Positions 19,026 to 29,420 of a DNA stretch of 64,000 nt are shown in pieces. The DNA is from Cyclobacteriaceae bacterium (GTDB lineage: Bacteria > Bacteroidota > Bacteroidia > Cytophagales > Cyclobacteriaceae): assembly GCA_035430125.1 (NCBI GenBank), contig DAOMGC010000004.1:36037-100036 (forward strand). Direction: 5' to 3'. Position 1 is the first letter of the stretch. The number at the start of each line of letters is the position of its first letter. The notes beneath the pieces are model-generated. The model was given only the letters and a program-made list of their open reading frames with translations. It was not told the origin of the DNA and did no database searches. Made by a program: the position numbers and the translations under genes.

Positions 19026-21830
19026 ATGAAAAGAACCATTCTGATCGCCGGATTTTTCCTGCTATGCATCAACTCGTGGGCGCAGAAAAAGACCACGCCC
19101 GTTGTAGTCAAAAAGCCACTGACCCACGCTGTGTATGATGCCTGGCGCGATGTGTCGGTACGTGCGATCACGCCGGATGGAAGCTATGCCGCCCTCCTGA
19201 TAAACCCACAGGATGGCGATGGACGAGTTGAATTTACCAACCTGAAGACCTTTACCGTTGACTCGGTTAAGCGTGCCGACAACCTAACCCTGACCTATGA
19301 TAGCCGATATGCGGTCATGAAAATCAAACCCCAACAAAAGCTGGTGAAGGAACTCCGGCGTCAAAAGAAAAAGAAAGAAGACTTACCGAAAGATTCGTTG
19401 GGGATATTTTCGATGAATTCCCGTAAGGTCGAAAAGATACCGGAAGTGCGATCTTTTAAGGTTCCGGAAAAGGCGGGCGAATGGCTGGCGTATCAAATGG
19501 AGCCGCATAAAGAGGCCAAGCCCAAGCCGGATGAAAAGAAGCTGAAAAAGAAGAAGATCAATTCGGATGACAATGGATATACCCTGGTGCTAAGATCCTT
19601 GTCAGGCGCAATCCAACAGAATTTTGGATATGTGAAGGAGTACCTCTTTGCCAGGTTTGGACAAGGGTTGCTGTTTACCAGTACTGGTAATGACAGTACG
19701 ATGAAGGCAGGCGTTTACTGGTATGACTTGCCACAGCAGAAGCTTTCACTTCTCCATTCTGGCAAGAGCAAGTTTAAATACAAAGGACTTTCGATCAGCG
19801 AAGACGGTACGCAGGCTTCCTTCTTATTGGACCAGGACACCACCAAAGCGCTGATCAGGCACTTTGCACTGTATCATTGGAAGACCGGGATGGCTTCAGC
19901 CACCATGCTTGATGTAGAGCGTTCATTGGGTATCCCTGCCAATTGGGTAGTCAGTGAGAACCAAACCCCTCAGTTTTCTAAAGACGGTCGACGTTTATTT
20001 TTTGGATCTGCCCCGCCTCCCGTTGTGCAGGATACGACCTTACTCGCGGAAGAAATTGTTCAGGTCGAGGTATGGGGTGGAAATGATCCATACATCTATC
20101 CCCAACAAAATAAGCAGTTGGAAACAGACCGAAAACGCTCTTACATGGTCTGCATTGATCTGGCCGAAAAGAAAATTATGCAATTGGCTGATCGCGATGT
20201 TCCACAGGTTACCCTTGGCGATGAAGGTAATGCCTCAGTCGTGCTGGGTGAAACTAACGTACCCTACCGCAAGATGACCACATGGGACCAATCGGCCTTT
20301 ACGGATTTTTATCTGTACGACCTCAGCAAACAAATGCGCGTACCAGTTGCTTCGCACGTTAAGGGCAATGCGAGCCTCAGCCCAAAGGCCAGGTATGTCT
20401 ATTGGTTCAGTCTGACCGACACCTCCTGGTACGCCTATTCTATTGCGGAAGCCAAATCACAACGGTTGAATAAAATGCCAGTGAGTTTTGGCGATGAAGA
20501 AAATGATTCGCCGGATTTTCCAGGACCGTATGGCTCAGCCGGATGGACCACCAACGATGAATCTTTTCTCGCGTATGACCGATATGATATCTGGTCTTTT
20601 GACCCCGAGGGCAAGCGGGCACCGGTTAATCTCACCCGCATTGGCCGCGAGAATAAGATTGTGTTTAGGTATGTGCGACTGGACAATGAGATACGCTTCA
20701 TTGATCCCGCACAGGAGTTGCTGCTGTCAGCTTTTCGCGAAACGACCAAAGAGTCAGGGTTCTACCGGCTTTCGCTGACGACAGGCAAACTCACGCGATT
20801 GATGGAAGCACCCTACCGCTTTGGAGGCGTGGTGAAAGCCAAGTCGGCCCAGCAAATCTTATACACCCGAGAGTCGTTTGGTGAATTTCCGGATGTATGG
20901 ACAGCGGATATGGCTTTTACCCAGCCGCGTAAAATATCAGACGCCAACCCCCAAATGAAAAAGTACTTATGGGGTACAGTTGAGCCCGTGCGTTGGACAT
21001 CACTGGACAACATACCCCTACAGGGCATGTTGTATAAGCCTGAAGGATTTGATCCGAATAAGAAGTATCCCATGATTGTTTATTTCTATGAAAAAGAAAG
21101 CGATAACCTGCACCAGCACATCAAACCTGAACCGTTGCGTTCTGCCATCAACCGTTCGGTGTATGTGAGTAATGGGTACATCGTGTTTGTGCCAGACATT
21201 GTGTATCGCATTGGTTTCCCTGGTGAGAGTGCCATGAACTGTGTGATGCCCGGAGTAACATCGCTCATCGAAAAGGGATTTATTGATGAAAAGAACATCG
21301 GGATACAGGGCCATAGCTGGGGTGGCTATCAAATCGCTTATATGGTGACCCGCACCAACTTATTTAAGGCAGCCGAAGCGGGCGCACCCGTGGCGAACAT
21401 GATTAGCGCCTATGGTGGAATCCGCTGGGAAACGGGTATTAGTCGCATGTTTCAGTACGAGCACACGCAAAGCCGAATTGGGGGTACGCTGTGGGAAAAA
21501 CCGCAGCATTACGTGGAGAACTCCCCGATCTTTTTTGCGGACAAGATTCAAACTCCTATGCTGCTGATGGCCAATGACAACGACGGTGCGGTGCCATGGT
21601 ACCAGGGCATTGAAATGTACATGGCGTTGCGCCGGCTCAATAAGCCCGTTTGGATGCTAAACTATAACGGTGAACCCCATTGGCCGGTAAAGCGCGAGAA
21701 CAGGATGGATTTTCAGACCCGGATGTTGCAGTACTTCGATTTTTATTTGAAGGGTGCGCCTGAGCCGGTGTGGATGAAGAAAGGGATTCCGGCCCTGGAG
21801 AAAGGAATCAATAAAGGATACGAGTACTAA
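19026..21830 (+). CDS. S9-family serine peptidase (prolyl oligopeptidase / DPP-like) with N-terminal beta-propeller region
   Basis: 934 aa with signal peptide. Catalytic GHSWGGY, Asp in NDNDGAVP and His in GEPHW. Confidence 0.85.
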   Translation: MKRTILIAGFFLLCINSWAQKKTTPVVVKKPLTHAVYDAWRDVSVRAITPDGSYAALLINPQDGDGRVEFTNLKTFTVDSVKRADNLTLTYDSRYAVMKIKPQQKLVKELRRQKKKKEDLPKDSLGIFSMNSRKVEKIPEVRSFKVPEKAGEWLAYQMEPHKEAKPKPDEKKLKKKKINSDDNGYTLVLRSLSGAIQQNFGYVKEYLFARFGQGLLFTSTGNDSTMKAGVYWYDLPQQKLSLLHSGKSKFKYKGLSISEDGTQASFLLDQDTTKALIRHFALYHWKTGMASATMLDVERSLGIPANWVVSENQTPQFSKDGRRLFFGSAPPPVVQDTTLLAEEIVQVEVWGGNDPYIYPQQNKQLETDRKRSYMVCIDLAEKKIMQLADRDVPQVTLGDEGNASVVLGETNVPYRKMTTWDQSAFTDFYLYDLSKQMRVPVASHVKGNASLSPKARYVYWFSLTDTSWYAYSIAEAKSQRLNKMPVSFGDEENDSPDFPGPYGSAGWTTNDESFLAYDRYDIWSFDPEGKRAPVNLTRIGRENKIVFRYVRLDNEIRFIDPAQELLLSAFRETTKESGFYRLSLTTGKLTRLMEAPYRFGGVVKAKSAQQILYTRESFGEFPDVWTADMAFTQPRKISDANPQMKKYLWGTVEPVRWTSLDNIPLQGMLYKPEGFDPNKKYPMIVYFYEKESDNLHQHIKPEPLRSAINRSVYVSNGYIVFVPDIVYRIGFPGESAMNCVMPGVTSLIEKGFIDEKNIGIQGHSWGGYQIAYMVTRTNLFKAAEAGAPVANMISAYGGIRWETGISRMFQYEHTQSRIGGTLWEKPQHYVENSPIFFADKIQTPMLLMANDNDGAVPWYQGIEMYMALRRLNKPVWMLNYNGEPHWPVKRENRMDFQTRMLQYFDFYLKGAPEPVWMKKGIPALEKGINKGYEY

Positions 21831-23860
21831 TTGTTGTTCTCGTTTTCCTTGATATTCTTGTTTTCCCGGAAGTACTTATCCTCCTCGTCTTCATCCTCCT
21901 TCTTGTCCGGGCGGATGCCTATCTCCAGAATCTTAAACTCCGTACGGCGGTTGCGTTGACGGCCTTCTGGATTATCAGACCCATCAGGATTTGTGTTGCG
22001 CGCGATTGGTTTTGATTCACCATAGCCTTTCGCCACCAGGCGTTCAGGGGAAATGCCCTTCCGGATGAGGTAGTTAACGGTAGACTGTGCCCGTCGCTGA
22101 GAAAGTTTTTGATTGTAATCAACGGTGCCAATACTATCCGTATGAGATCCCATCTCAATTTTGATTTCAGGATTGTCATTGAGAATAATAAGCAGCTTAT
22201 TCAGCTCGCGGGCTGCCGAGGAGTTGATATTGGAGCTGTCATAGTCGAAATAGATATTCTTTAACTGGAATGCCACATTGGTCACCATCCGGTCAAGAAC
22301 CAGCAATGTATCCAGGGTGATGTTGGTGGTGAGTTCTTTCAGTGTTTCAGGCGGGACAGATTTACCCACCGTGGTGTAGGCCCCGCGCTTGGTCAAGTAT
22401 CCATCAGATTCACCGATCAGCGTGTATTTCTCATTTTCATACACCCGGAAAAGGAACTTGCCATCGTTTCCTGTAACGTAATCACTCATCACATCACCCC
22501 GGGAGTCAAGCAGTGAAACTTTGGTTTCGCCCAAAATTTCTCGGGTGCTGTCCTTCCGAAGGGAATACGTTACGCCCTGCAAGAAATAGTTAACGACTTT
22601 AAGATTGGGGTCTTCGTTGATGAAAGTATAGATATCATCATCGCCCTTGCCACCTTCTCGGTTGGAGGTAAAGAAGCCGCGATCTGCTTTGAAAAGAAAA
22701 ATGCCAAAGTCATCGCTGGTTGAATTTACAGGCTGACCAAGATTCTCAGCGATTGTTTTGCCATTTACCCGATTAACAACGAAGAGGTCCATCATGCCGT
22801 AGCCAGGATGACCATCCGAGGAAAAATAGAGTTTACCATTTTCAGATACATAGGGGAACATTTCGTTTCCTGCCGTATTGATATCAGGTCCGAGATTGCG
22901 CACCCTGGAGAAGCGGCCACGAGAGTCCATTTGGGCACTGTATATATCAAGGCCACCCTGTCCGCCTTTGCGATTAGAAGAAAAGTAGAGGGTACGGCCA
23001 TCAGGGCTAAAGGCAGGAGATGACTCCCAGCTATCAGGTTGGTTGATGTTGATGGGCTGCGCCTCACTCCATACATTGTTGCGGAAGCGGGAAAGATAAA
23101 GATCCACGTCGTTGGTACCCTTGCGTTTACCCGTATTGCCTTTGGCAAAAACCATCGTCTTACCGTCTGGGGAGAAGGCGATTGTTCCGACGTTTACATT
23201 GGGTGAATTAATGGTTACAGGCAATGGTTGAATAGTTTCCGGTTCTACGTTAGCTGCCTTGGTCGTAACCTTATATAAGTCCGTATAAGGTGTTCCTGTC
23301 GCCGCGTAAATTTTTGCATTCGACCGGGAGGATGTGAAATATAATTCGCCGTTCAGGTAAGCAGGAGAGTATTCACTGTAGGCTGAGTTGAGCGTTTCCA
23401 GGTTTTTTATCCGGTAGTAACTCTTCTTCCCGTTCAATTCGTCGAGTCGGTTCAACCCGGCCAATTCCTTTTCGGCGCGGGTACGCATGGCGTCAATGGC
23501 CGTGGTGGTTTGGAGTGTTTCGAATGCCTTTCTTGACTCATCGTATTTCCCGTTGGCTTGCAATGATTTTCCTAAGAAATAAAGTACCGAGTCTTTGCTG
23601 ACACCAGGGCCACCTGCTTTGGCGTAATAAGCGCTGGCTTCTTTGATTCGATTCGATTGCCTGTATGATTCCGCGATATAGTAATTCGCCTTTCCGTTGC
23701 CGGGCTGGCTGGCCAACACTTTCTTATAATAGGTGATTACATCTTCATAGTTGCCATACTTAAAATTTCTCATGGCCTTTTTTTCTGCACTACAAGCGTA
23801 CAGGAGCAAGCCGGTAAGCACACATAAGGCAATGGTCCGAAGTGTTTGGCGAAATGTCAT
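21827..23860 (-). CDS. OmpA-family protein with TPR and PD40 (TolB-like) repeats
   Basis: 677 aa with signal peptide. TPR-like N-terminus, repeated Y(F)xSNRxGGxGGxDIY PD40 motifs and a C-terminal OmpA domain (GHTDSIGTVDYNQKLSQRRA). Confidence 0.85.
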   Translation of the reverse strand: MTFRQTLRTIALCVLTGLLLYACSAEKKAMRNFKYGNYEDVITYYKKVLASQPGNGKANYYIAESYRQSNRIKEASAYYAKAGGPGVSKDSVLYFLGKSLQANGKYDESRKAFETLQTTTAIDAMRTRAEKELAGLNRLDELNGKKSYYRIKNLETLNSAYSEYSPAYLNGELYFTSSRSNAKIYAATGTPYTDLYKVTTKAANVEPETIQPLPVTINSPNVNVGTIAFSPDGKTMVFAKGNTGKRKGTNDVDLYLSRFRNNVWSEAQPININQPDSWESSPAFSPDGRTLYFSSNRKGGQGGLDIYSAQMDSRGRFSRVRNLGPDINTAGNEMFPYVSENGKLYFSSDGHPGYGMMDLFVVNRVNGKTIAENLGQPVNSTSDDFGIFLFKADRGFFTSNREGGKGDDDIYTFINEDPNLKVVNYFLQGVTYSLRKDSTREILGETKVSLLDSRGDVMSDYVTGNDGKFLFRVYENEKYTLIGESDGYLTKRGAYTTVGKSVPPETLKELTTNITLDTLLVLDRMVTNVAFQLKNIYFDYDSSNINSSAARELNKLLIILNDNPEIKIEMGSHTDSIGTVDYNQKLSQRRAQSTVNYLIRKGISPERLVAKGYGESKPIARNTNPDGSDNPEGRQRNRRTEFKILEIGIRPDKKEDEDEEDKYFRENKNIKENENNN

Positions 23861-23897
23861 GTCAGCGAAAGGTACAAAAAAGTAAAATCCCTGGTTA

Positions 23898-24401
23898 TCA
23901 GGAAGCTACCACAGGCTTAGGTAGATACCGGGCCAACCAGGTGTCTTTGGCTGGAGCAATCCATTGCCTGGTCCACATTTCTTTGGTAGTAACCGTGTTA
24001 TTAAACGACAAGGCGTCGCCAGAAAGTGTTTTGTTTTCAAAAAGACTTTTCAGGTCGCGCATGGAATGAAGTGCTACGGTATCTCCTTGGAGAAATGCAA
24101 TTTGGGTGCGATCAAAGAAATCAAGGTGGAGGTGTTGCTGAAGTTCATTCAAAGCATGCACGCTTCCATCGATGGAGCACCCACTGGCGCCCTGATGTTG
24201 CTCATCGACGCCAAGTACGATAAACTGTTGATAGGCAATGGTAAACGATGACCGCAGCGGTGTGCCATGGGTTTCCCAGGCCTCGCACAGGCGCATCAAA
24301 TATTCTTCTGCTACAGCATTTTCCGCTTGAGTTAATTTCCGGTTGGCCTGATATACCCAGATTCGTGATGTGCCAGGCAGCGAATTAAAATCAATAAACA
24401 T
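23898..24401 (-). CDS. conserved hypothetical protein
   Basis: I chose the start MFIDFNSLPG at 24401, which abuts the gpmI stop. It contains SRIWVYQANR...ASGCSIDGS, a pattern I recall from small Bacteroidota proteins of unknown function. Confidence 0.55.
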   Translation of the reverse strand: MFIDFNSLPGTSRIWVYQANRKLTQAENAVAEEYLMRLCEAWETHGTPLRSSFTIAYQQFIVLGVDEQHQGASGCSIDGSVHALNELQQHLHLDFFDRTQIAFLQGDTVALHSMRDLKSLFENKTLSGDALSFNNTVTTKEMWTRQWIAPAKDTWLARYLPKPVVAS

Positions 24402-24402
24402 A

Positions 24403-25929
24403 TCAGATGTCGAGTAAAATGGATCCATTCATTTCGGCCGGCAAGGGGATGCCCAACCATTTTAGAATGGTAGGCGCCAAATCACCCAGCTTACCGTTGC
24501 GAATTTTTCCCCGGTAATTTTTATCAACAAAGATGCAAGGCACAAGGTTCGTGGTGTGCGCGGTGTTGGGAGTACCGTCATCATTAATCATAACATCCGC
24601 ATTACCATGATCAGCGATGATGATGATGGAATAGCCATTGCGAAGCGCGGCTTCAGTCACGGCCTGGTTGCAAGCGTCAACAGTTTCCACAGCCTTGACT
24701 GCGGCTTCAAATACACCGGTGTGACCCACCATATCAGGGTTGGCAAAATTGAGGCAAATAAAATCTGCTTCTTTCTTGTCGAGTTCAGGGATGATCTTGT
24801 CTCGGATATCTGCCGCACTCATCTCCGGCTTGAGATCATACGTCGCGACTTTCGGTGAGGGACACAAGATGCGGCTTTCGCCAACGAATGGCTCTTCGCG
24901 ACCACCCGAGAAAAAGAAGGTGACGTGGGGATACTTCTCGGTTTCGGCAATGCGAATTTGTTTACGGTTGGATTTTGCCAATACCTCTCCGAGCGTATTC
25001 GTAAGATTGTCTTTATCAAAAATGACTTCCACCTTTTTGAAGGAGTCATCATAGTTGGCCATGGTGACGTAATATAGATCCAGCTTCTTCATGCCGTGGT
25101 CGGGGAAGTCTTGCTGGGTGAGTACCTGTGTGATCTCGCGGCCGCGGTCTGTGCGGAAATTGAAGCAAATAACCACATCGCCCGATTGAACCGTCCCGAT
25201 GGACTCACCAGTCTTTGTAGTAACCACCAAGGGCTTAATGAACTCATCGGTGACACCAGCGGCATAACTCTTTTCTACAGCAGCAAGTATGTCAGTGGTC
25301 TTTTCGCCGGCACCCTGCGTGAGCAAATCGTAGGCGAGTTTTACGCGCTCCCAACGTTTGTCGCGATCCATGGCATAGTAGCGGCCAATGACGCTCGCAA
25401 TGCTGCCAGTTGTTTTTTTCAGGTGATCATTCAACCGACGCAGGTAGTCGATTCCTCCCTTGGGGTCTGTATCACGACCATCGGTAAACGCATGGACAAA
25501 AAGTTTTTTGACACCATGGTTATTCGCAATGGTACAAAGGCCTTCGAGGTGCATGATGTGAGAGTGCACGCCACCGTCAGAGAGTAACCCCATGATGTGC
25601 ACGGCCTTGTTTTCCTTCAGGGCATATTCAAGGGCTTTGAGCAACACTGGATTCTTGTCGAGCTCATGCTCTTCTACTGACTTGTTGATACGCACCAGGT
25701 CCTGATACACAACACGGCCTGCGCCAATATTCATATGACCAACTTCGGAGTTTCCCATTTGTCCGGCAGGAAGGCCAACAGCCAGGCCTGAAGCTTCGAG
25801 CTTGCTATGGGGATATTTTTCATACAACGACTTGATATAGGGAGTCTGGGCATGGTCAATAGCGGACACCTTCTTATTGGTGGCAATGCCCCATCCGTCG
25901 AGGATCATCAGCAACACTTTCTTATTCAT
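24403..25929 (-). CDS. gpmI: 2,3-bisphosphoglycerate-independent phosphoglycerate mutase
   Basis: 508 aa. MILDGWG, GNSEVGHMNIGAGR, SDGGVHSH and ADHGNA motifs. Confidence 0.95.
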   Translation of the reverse strand: MNKKVLLMILDGWGIATNKKVSAIDHAQTPYIKSLYEKYPHSKLEASGLAVGLPAGQMGNSEVGHMNIGAGRVVYQDLVRINKSVEEHELDKNPVLLKALEYALKENKAVHIMGLLSDGGVHSHIMHLEGLCTIANNHGVKKLFVHAFTDGRDTDPKGGIDYLRRLNDHLKKTTGSIASVIGRYYAMDRDKRWERVKLAYDLLTQGAGEKTTDILAAVEKSYAAGVTDEFIKPLVVTTKTGESIGTVQSGDVVICFNFRTDRGREITQVLTQQDFPDHGMKKLDLYYVTMANYDDSFKKVEVIFDKDNLTNTLGEVLAKSNRKQIRIAETEKYPHVTFFFSGGREEPFVGESRILCPSPKVATYDLKPEMSAADIRDKIIPELDKKEADFICLNFANPDMVGHTGVFEAAVKAVETVDACNQAVTEAALRNGYSIIIIADHGNADVMINDDGTPNTAHTTNLVPCIFVDKNYRGKIRNGKLGDLAPTILKWLGIPLPAEMNGSILLDI

Positions 25930-25945
25930 AGCACGAAATTTGTAT

Positions 25946-25953
25946 CAAATATA
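25946..25953 (-). promoter_or_regulatory. candidate -7 promoter box (TATATTTG on minus strand) for gpmI
   Basis: CAAATATA on the plus strand, 17 nt upstream of the gpmI start. Confidence 0.3.
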
Positions 25954-26011
25954 GCCGGTATGAATCGATTTGGGCCTTTTTGCCTCACTTGGTAGGCCCA
26001 ATATAATGGCA

Positions 26012-26019
26012 TACTTTTG
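26012..26019 (+). promoter_or_regulatory. candidate -7 promoter box (TACTTTTG)
   Basis: TAnnTTTG 15 nt upstream of the 26035 ATG. Confidence 0.3.
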
Positions 26020-26034
26020 GCCTAATTCCTGACC

Positions 26035-26421
26035 ATGATACGCTGGGTGACATTTTGCTTGTTGGTAGTGGCTTCCATGCCCGTTTTGGCACAGTCGGAA
26101 ATATTTAATCCAATGAAGGATGCCATTAAGGCCGGTGATGGTGTAGCCCTTACGAAAACCTTTGCTCCTGCAGTAGATATCAATCTGGAAGGAAATATCA
26201 ATACTTACAGCAAAGCACAATCAGAGTTTGTGCTTAAGGACTTTTTCAAGAAGCACCCGGTGGCTGATTTCAGCATTGTACATACAGGTTCCTCCAAAGG
26301 CGGGCTTCAATTTGCCATTGGCCGGTACACCAGCGGGGGAGAATCCTACAATGTGTTGATTCGCGTCCGGCAGGTTGGTCCCGACTACCTGGTTCACGAA
26401 ATTAGTTTTGTGCGGGAATAG
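26035..26421 (+). CDS. small secreted protein (DUF4783-like)
   Basis: 128 aa with signal peptide. The DUF assignment is from memory of similar proteins upstream of nadC in Bacteroidota. Confidence 0.5.
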   Translation: MIRWVTFCLLVVASMPVLAQSEIFNPMKDAIKAGDGVALTKTFAPAVDINLEGNINTYSKAQSEFVLKDFFKKHPVADFSIVHTGSSKGGLQFAIGRYTSGGESYNVLIRVRQVGPDYLVHEISFVRE

Positions 26422-26434
26422 CCCTTCCCTTGTT

Positions 26435-27289
26435 ATGCGACCCCCCTATGTCACACCGGAAGCCCTTCGGGATTTGATTACCATTGCGCTATCCGAGGAT
26501 ATTGGATCAGGTGACATTACCACAGAGGCGACGGTCCCTGCTGATGCAAACGCTAGGGGCCGAATGGTTGCAAAGGATGCCGGAGTACTAGCCGGGATAG
26601 AAGTAGCGGTCGCTGTTTTTCATCAAACTAATCAAGAACTCGATATACAGGTTCACATGCCGGATGGCACCACCGTCAAGTCTGGAGATGTGGTGATGGA
26701 GGTTTCCGGCCATGCACGATCGTTGTTATCGGCCGAACGTGTTGCCCTCAATGTCGTCCAACGCATGAGTGGCATCGCGACGTACACGCATCAACTATGC
26801 TTACAGTTAGCGGGCACGGGTGTACAATTATTGGATACCCGAAAGACCACACCCGGATTCCGGAGTTTAGAAAAATGGGCAGTAGCCATCGGAGGGGGAG
26901 TAAATCACCGATACAATTTATCCGAAATGATTTTGCTGAAGGATAATCACATTGATATGGCGGGCGGAATTGGAGCAGCGATTCGCAAGGTGAGGCAATT
27001 GCATCACGATAAAAGAATTGAAGTAGAAACCCGAACGATGAAAGAAGTTCAGGAGGTGCTCGAAGCTGGCGGAGTTGACATCATACTGCTGGATAATATG
27101 AGCGTGGCTGACCTTACCATGGCCGTGAAACTGATTGGTGGCCGGTGTAAAACGGAAGCCAGCGGAGGCATATCGCCCGAATCGCTGTCAGCTGTTGCTG
27201 CTACCGGAGTTGATTATGTTTCCATGGGGGCCCTTACGCACTCTTACAAGAGCTTGGACCTCAACTTTAAAGTAATGGCCTGGGAGTAG
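26435..27289 (+). CDS. nadC: nicotinate-nucleotide pyrophosphorylase (carboxylating)
   Basis: ATG at 26435 (MRPPYV...). Contains LDTRKTTPGFR, KDNHI, LLDNM and EASGGI motifs. Confidence 0.9.
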   Translation: MRPPYVTPEALRDLITIALSEDIGSGDITTEATVPADANARGRMVAKDAGVLAGIEVAVAVFHQTNQELDIQVHMPDGTTVKSGDVVMEVSGHARSLLSAERVALNVVQRMSGIATYTHQLCLQLAGTGVQLLDTRKTTPGFRSLEKWAVAIGGGVNHRYNLSEMILLKDNHIDMAGGIGAAIRKVRQLHHDKRIEVETRTMKEVQEVLEAGGVDIILLDNMSVADLTMAVKLIGGRCKTEASGGISPESLSAVAATGVDYVSMGALTHSYKSLDLNFKVMAWE

Positions 27290-27309
27290 GCAGTCTGCCC
27301 GGCACTCTC

Positions 27310-27317
27310 TAAATTTG
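27310..27317 (+). promoter_or_regulatory. candidate -7 promoter box (TAAATTTG)
   Basis: TAnnTTTG 19 nt upstream of the 27337 ATG. Confidence 0.3.
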
Positions 27318-27336
27318 GGCCCCGTTTCAAATTCTT

Positions 27337-27810
27337 ATGATTGTTAAAACCCGCAACTACCGCCTTGAAAAGAACCTTTACATCAAAATGGCTTTGCGCA
27401 CTGTGCTGAAGCAAATGTGGTGGGCTGGTTTAATTGCCCTTGGAATCTGCCTGCTGTACTTCGCGCTTCCCAGTTTTTGGTGGATTTTTGGCGGAGTACT
27501 GGCCTATGGCCTGTTCGTCTTGTTCTGGTACATTCAATTTTATGGCGTCACCCAACTCGATCAGGGCAAAATGTTGTTCGAGCGGTTTTCCTATGAGATC
27601 ACTAGTCAGCAAATCCTGATGAAAATAAATGCGCGTGAAGGGATGCCCCTCAAGTGGGATCAGATAAAATCCGTTCAGGTGGGCGAAGATTATTACCTGT
27701 TGTTTGTCAACCGGGCCCAGTTAATCCATTTGCCATTCAAAATTTTCAACACCGAGAATGAACGGAAATTTTTGGGCAGTATCCTGAAGGCAAAGGGCCT
27801 CGTTAAATAG
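27337..27810 (+). CDS. membrane protein (YcxB-like: 2 TM helices plus a small C-terminal domain)
   Basis: 157 aa. Two hydrophobic helices (WWAGLIALGICLLYF; FGGVLAYGLFVLFWYI). Confidence 0.5.
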   Translation: MIVKTRNYRLEKNLYIKMALRTVLKQMWWAGLIALGICLLYFALPSFWWIFGGVLAYGLFVLFWYIQFYGVTQLDQGKMLFERFSYEITSQQILMKINAREGMPLKWDQIKSVQVGEDYYLLFVNRAQLIHLPFKIFNTENERKFLGSILKAKGLVK

Positions 27811-27852
27811 AGCTCCGGTTTTTGGTAACCGGATAAACCTTCTTATGCCGGT

Positions 27853-28317
27853 ATGAAGCATTACGCTCCCTCAGAAGCATTCCAGGCAATCTGCCGGTAC
27901 TGTGCGTATCAGGAGAGGTCGCACCAGGAGGTGCGTGACAAATTGTACAGTTATGGCCTTCATCGGAGTGATGTTGATGAATTGCTTTCGCGCTTGATTA
28001 CGGAGGGGTTTCTCAATGAAGAGCGTTTTGCCAAGGCGTTTGCGGGCGGGAAATTCCGGATAATGAAGTGGGGTCGGAATAAGATAAAGCACGAACTGGA
28101 AATGCGACACATTTCATCGCGTTGTATCCGCCAGGCCTTGGTGGAGATTGATGAATCTGATTACCGAAAGGCCCTTAAAGAGATCCTTCAGAAGCGCATT
28201 GCACAAAGTGCCGGATTAAAGCCCTTCCAACGCCGCGACAAGGCGGCCCGCTTTGCCATCGGTAAAGGGTACGAACCGGACTTGGTCTGGGCCTTGTTGC
28301 GCGACGGAGATGATTAG
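27853..28317 (+). CDS. recX: RecX family regulatory protein
   Basis: 154 aa. CAYQERSHQEVRDKL..GFLNEERFA is the typical RecX three-helix repeat pattern. Confidence 0.8.
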   Translation: MKHYAPSEAFQAICRYCAYQERSHQEVRDKLYSYGLHRSDVDELLSRLITEGFLNEERFAKAFAGGKFRIMKWGRNKIKHELEMRHISSRCIRQALVEIDESDYRKALKEILQKRIAQSAGLKPFQRRDKAARFAIGKGYEPDLVWALLRDGDD

Positions 28318-28394
28318 GGGGGTTTGTAAGCCACACGACATTCTGATGTAATACCATAGCCGACCTTTGGCGTTTTCCGTACATAAACCTGCTT

Positions 28395-28856
28395 ATGAAA
28401 AAGATCCTGATCTGTCTACTGCTCGCTGGTGTAACCAGTTCATTCGCCCAAACCGATCTGTTGCGGCAGAAAGAGTATAACCTGAAGAAGGGAGTTGCCC
28501 TGGAAGGCTATGATCCGGTGAGCTATTTCAATGGAAAACCCCTTGAAGGAGAGTCTGAATTTTCAACTACGTATCGAGGAGTCACCTACAGATTCGCAAC
28601 AGCTGAAAACAAAAAGAAATTCTTGTCAGCACCTGACCAGTTCGAACCAGCCTACGGTGGGTGGTGTGCTTACGCGATGGGGGAGACCGGAGAAAAAGTA
28701 AAAATTGACCCGGAGACCTTTAAAATCATCGGAGGAAAACTCTATTTGTTCTACAATTTTTGGGGCAATAATACGCTTACTGACTGGAACAAGAACGAAT
28801 CCAAACTAAAAGCCAAAGGAGACGGAAACTGGAAAAAATTTATCCCTGGACTTTAG
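28395..28856 (+). CDS. exported YHS-domain protein
   Basis: Signal peptide, then GYDPVSYF...YRFATAENKKKFLSAPDQFEPAYGGWCAY. Confidence 0.65.
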   Translation: MKKILICLLLAGVTSSFAQTDLLRQKEYNLKKGVALEGYDPVSYFNGKPLEGESEFSTTYRGVTYRFATAENKKKFLSAPDQFEPAYGGWCAYAMGETGEKVKIDPETFKIIGGKLYLFYNFWGNNTLTDWNKNESKLKAKGDGNWKKFIPGL

Positions 28857-28900
28857 TCACACAAACCCACTTTTTTTTGCGTTAATTTTAAGTCCTGAAT

Positions 28901-29416
28901 ATGCAGTTAATACGCACCGCCCATCAGATTCTGACTCAACTGGAGGACGTCCTCCAGCAAGTCGACGCTCAGGAATTTGTGCAGGCATCTCCTGCCTTGA
29001 GTGAATCGACGATTGGCCAGCATACCCGGCATACGCTGGAGTTCTTTGTATGTCTGGAGCAGGCACTCCCAACCGGCACTGTAAACTATGACCAACGGGC
29101 TCATGATCGCACCATAGAAGAGGACAAAGAAGTGGCCCTGCGTCTGATCAAAAGACTCAAAACATTTATTCACCAATATCCCGATAACCAGCCCCTCCGG
29201 CTTGAAGTAGGATATGAACGGCATAGTGAAGCGTGCGTTTCTGTTGAAACAAACTACTACCGTGAATTGGCCTATAACATTGAGCACGCTGTGCATCACA
29301 TGGCATTGGTGAAGATCGGGCTACGCGATGTTGCACCGCGAGTTACCTTGCCAGTTGGCTTTGGCATTGCGGTGAGCACGTTGCGCCATCAGGAGCGCGT
29401 GCTGGCCCACAACTGA
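28901..29416 (+). CDS. DinB-superfamily-like four-helix protein
   Basis: 171 aa. Spaced His motifs (QHTRHTLEF..., HAVHHMALV) resemble the DinB_2 metal triad. Confidence 0.5.
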   Translation: MQLIRTAHQILTQLEDVLQQVDAQEFVQASPALSESTIGQHTRHTLEFFVCLEQALPTGTVNYDQRAHDRTIEEDKEVALRLIKRLKTFIHQYPDNQPLRLEVGYERHSEACVSVETNYYRELAYNIEHAVHHMALVKIGLRDVAPRVTLPVGFGIAVSTLRHQERVLAHN

Positions 29417-29420
29417 CACC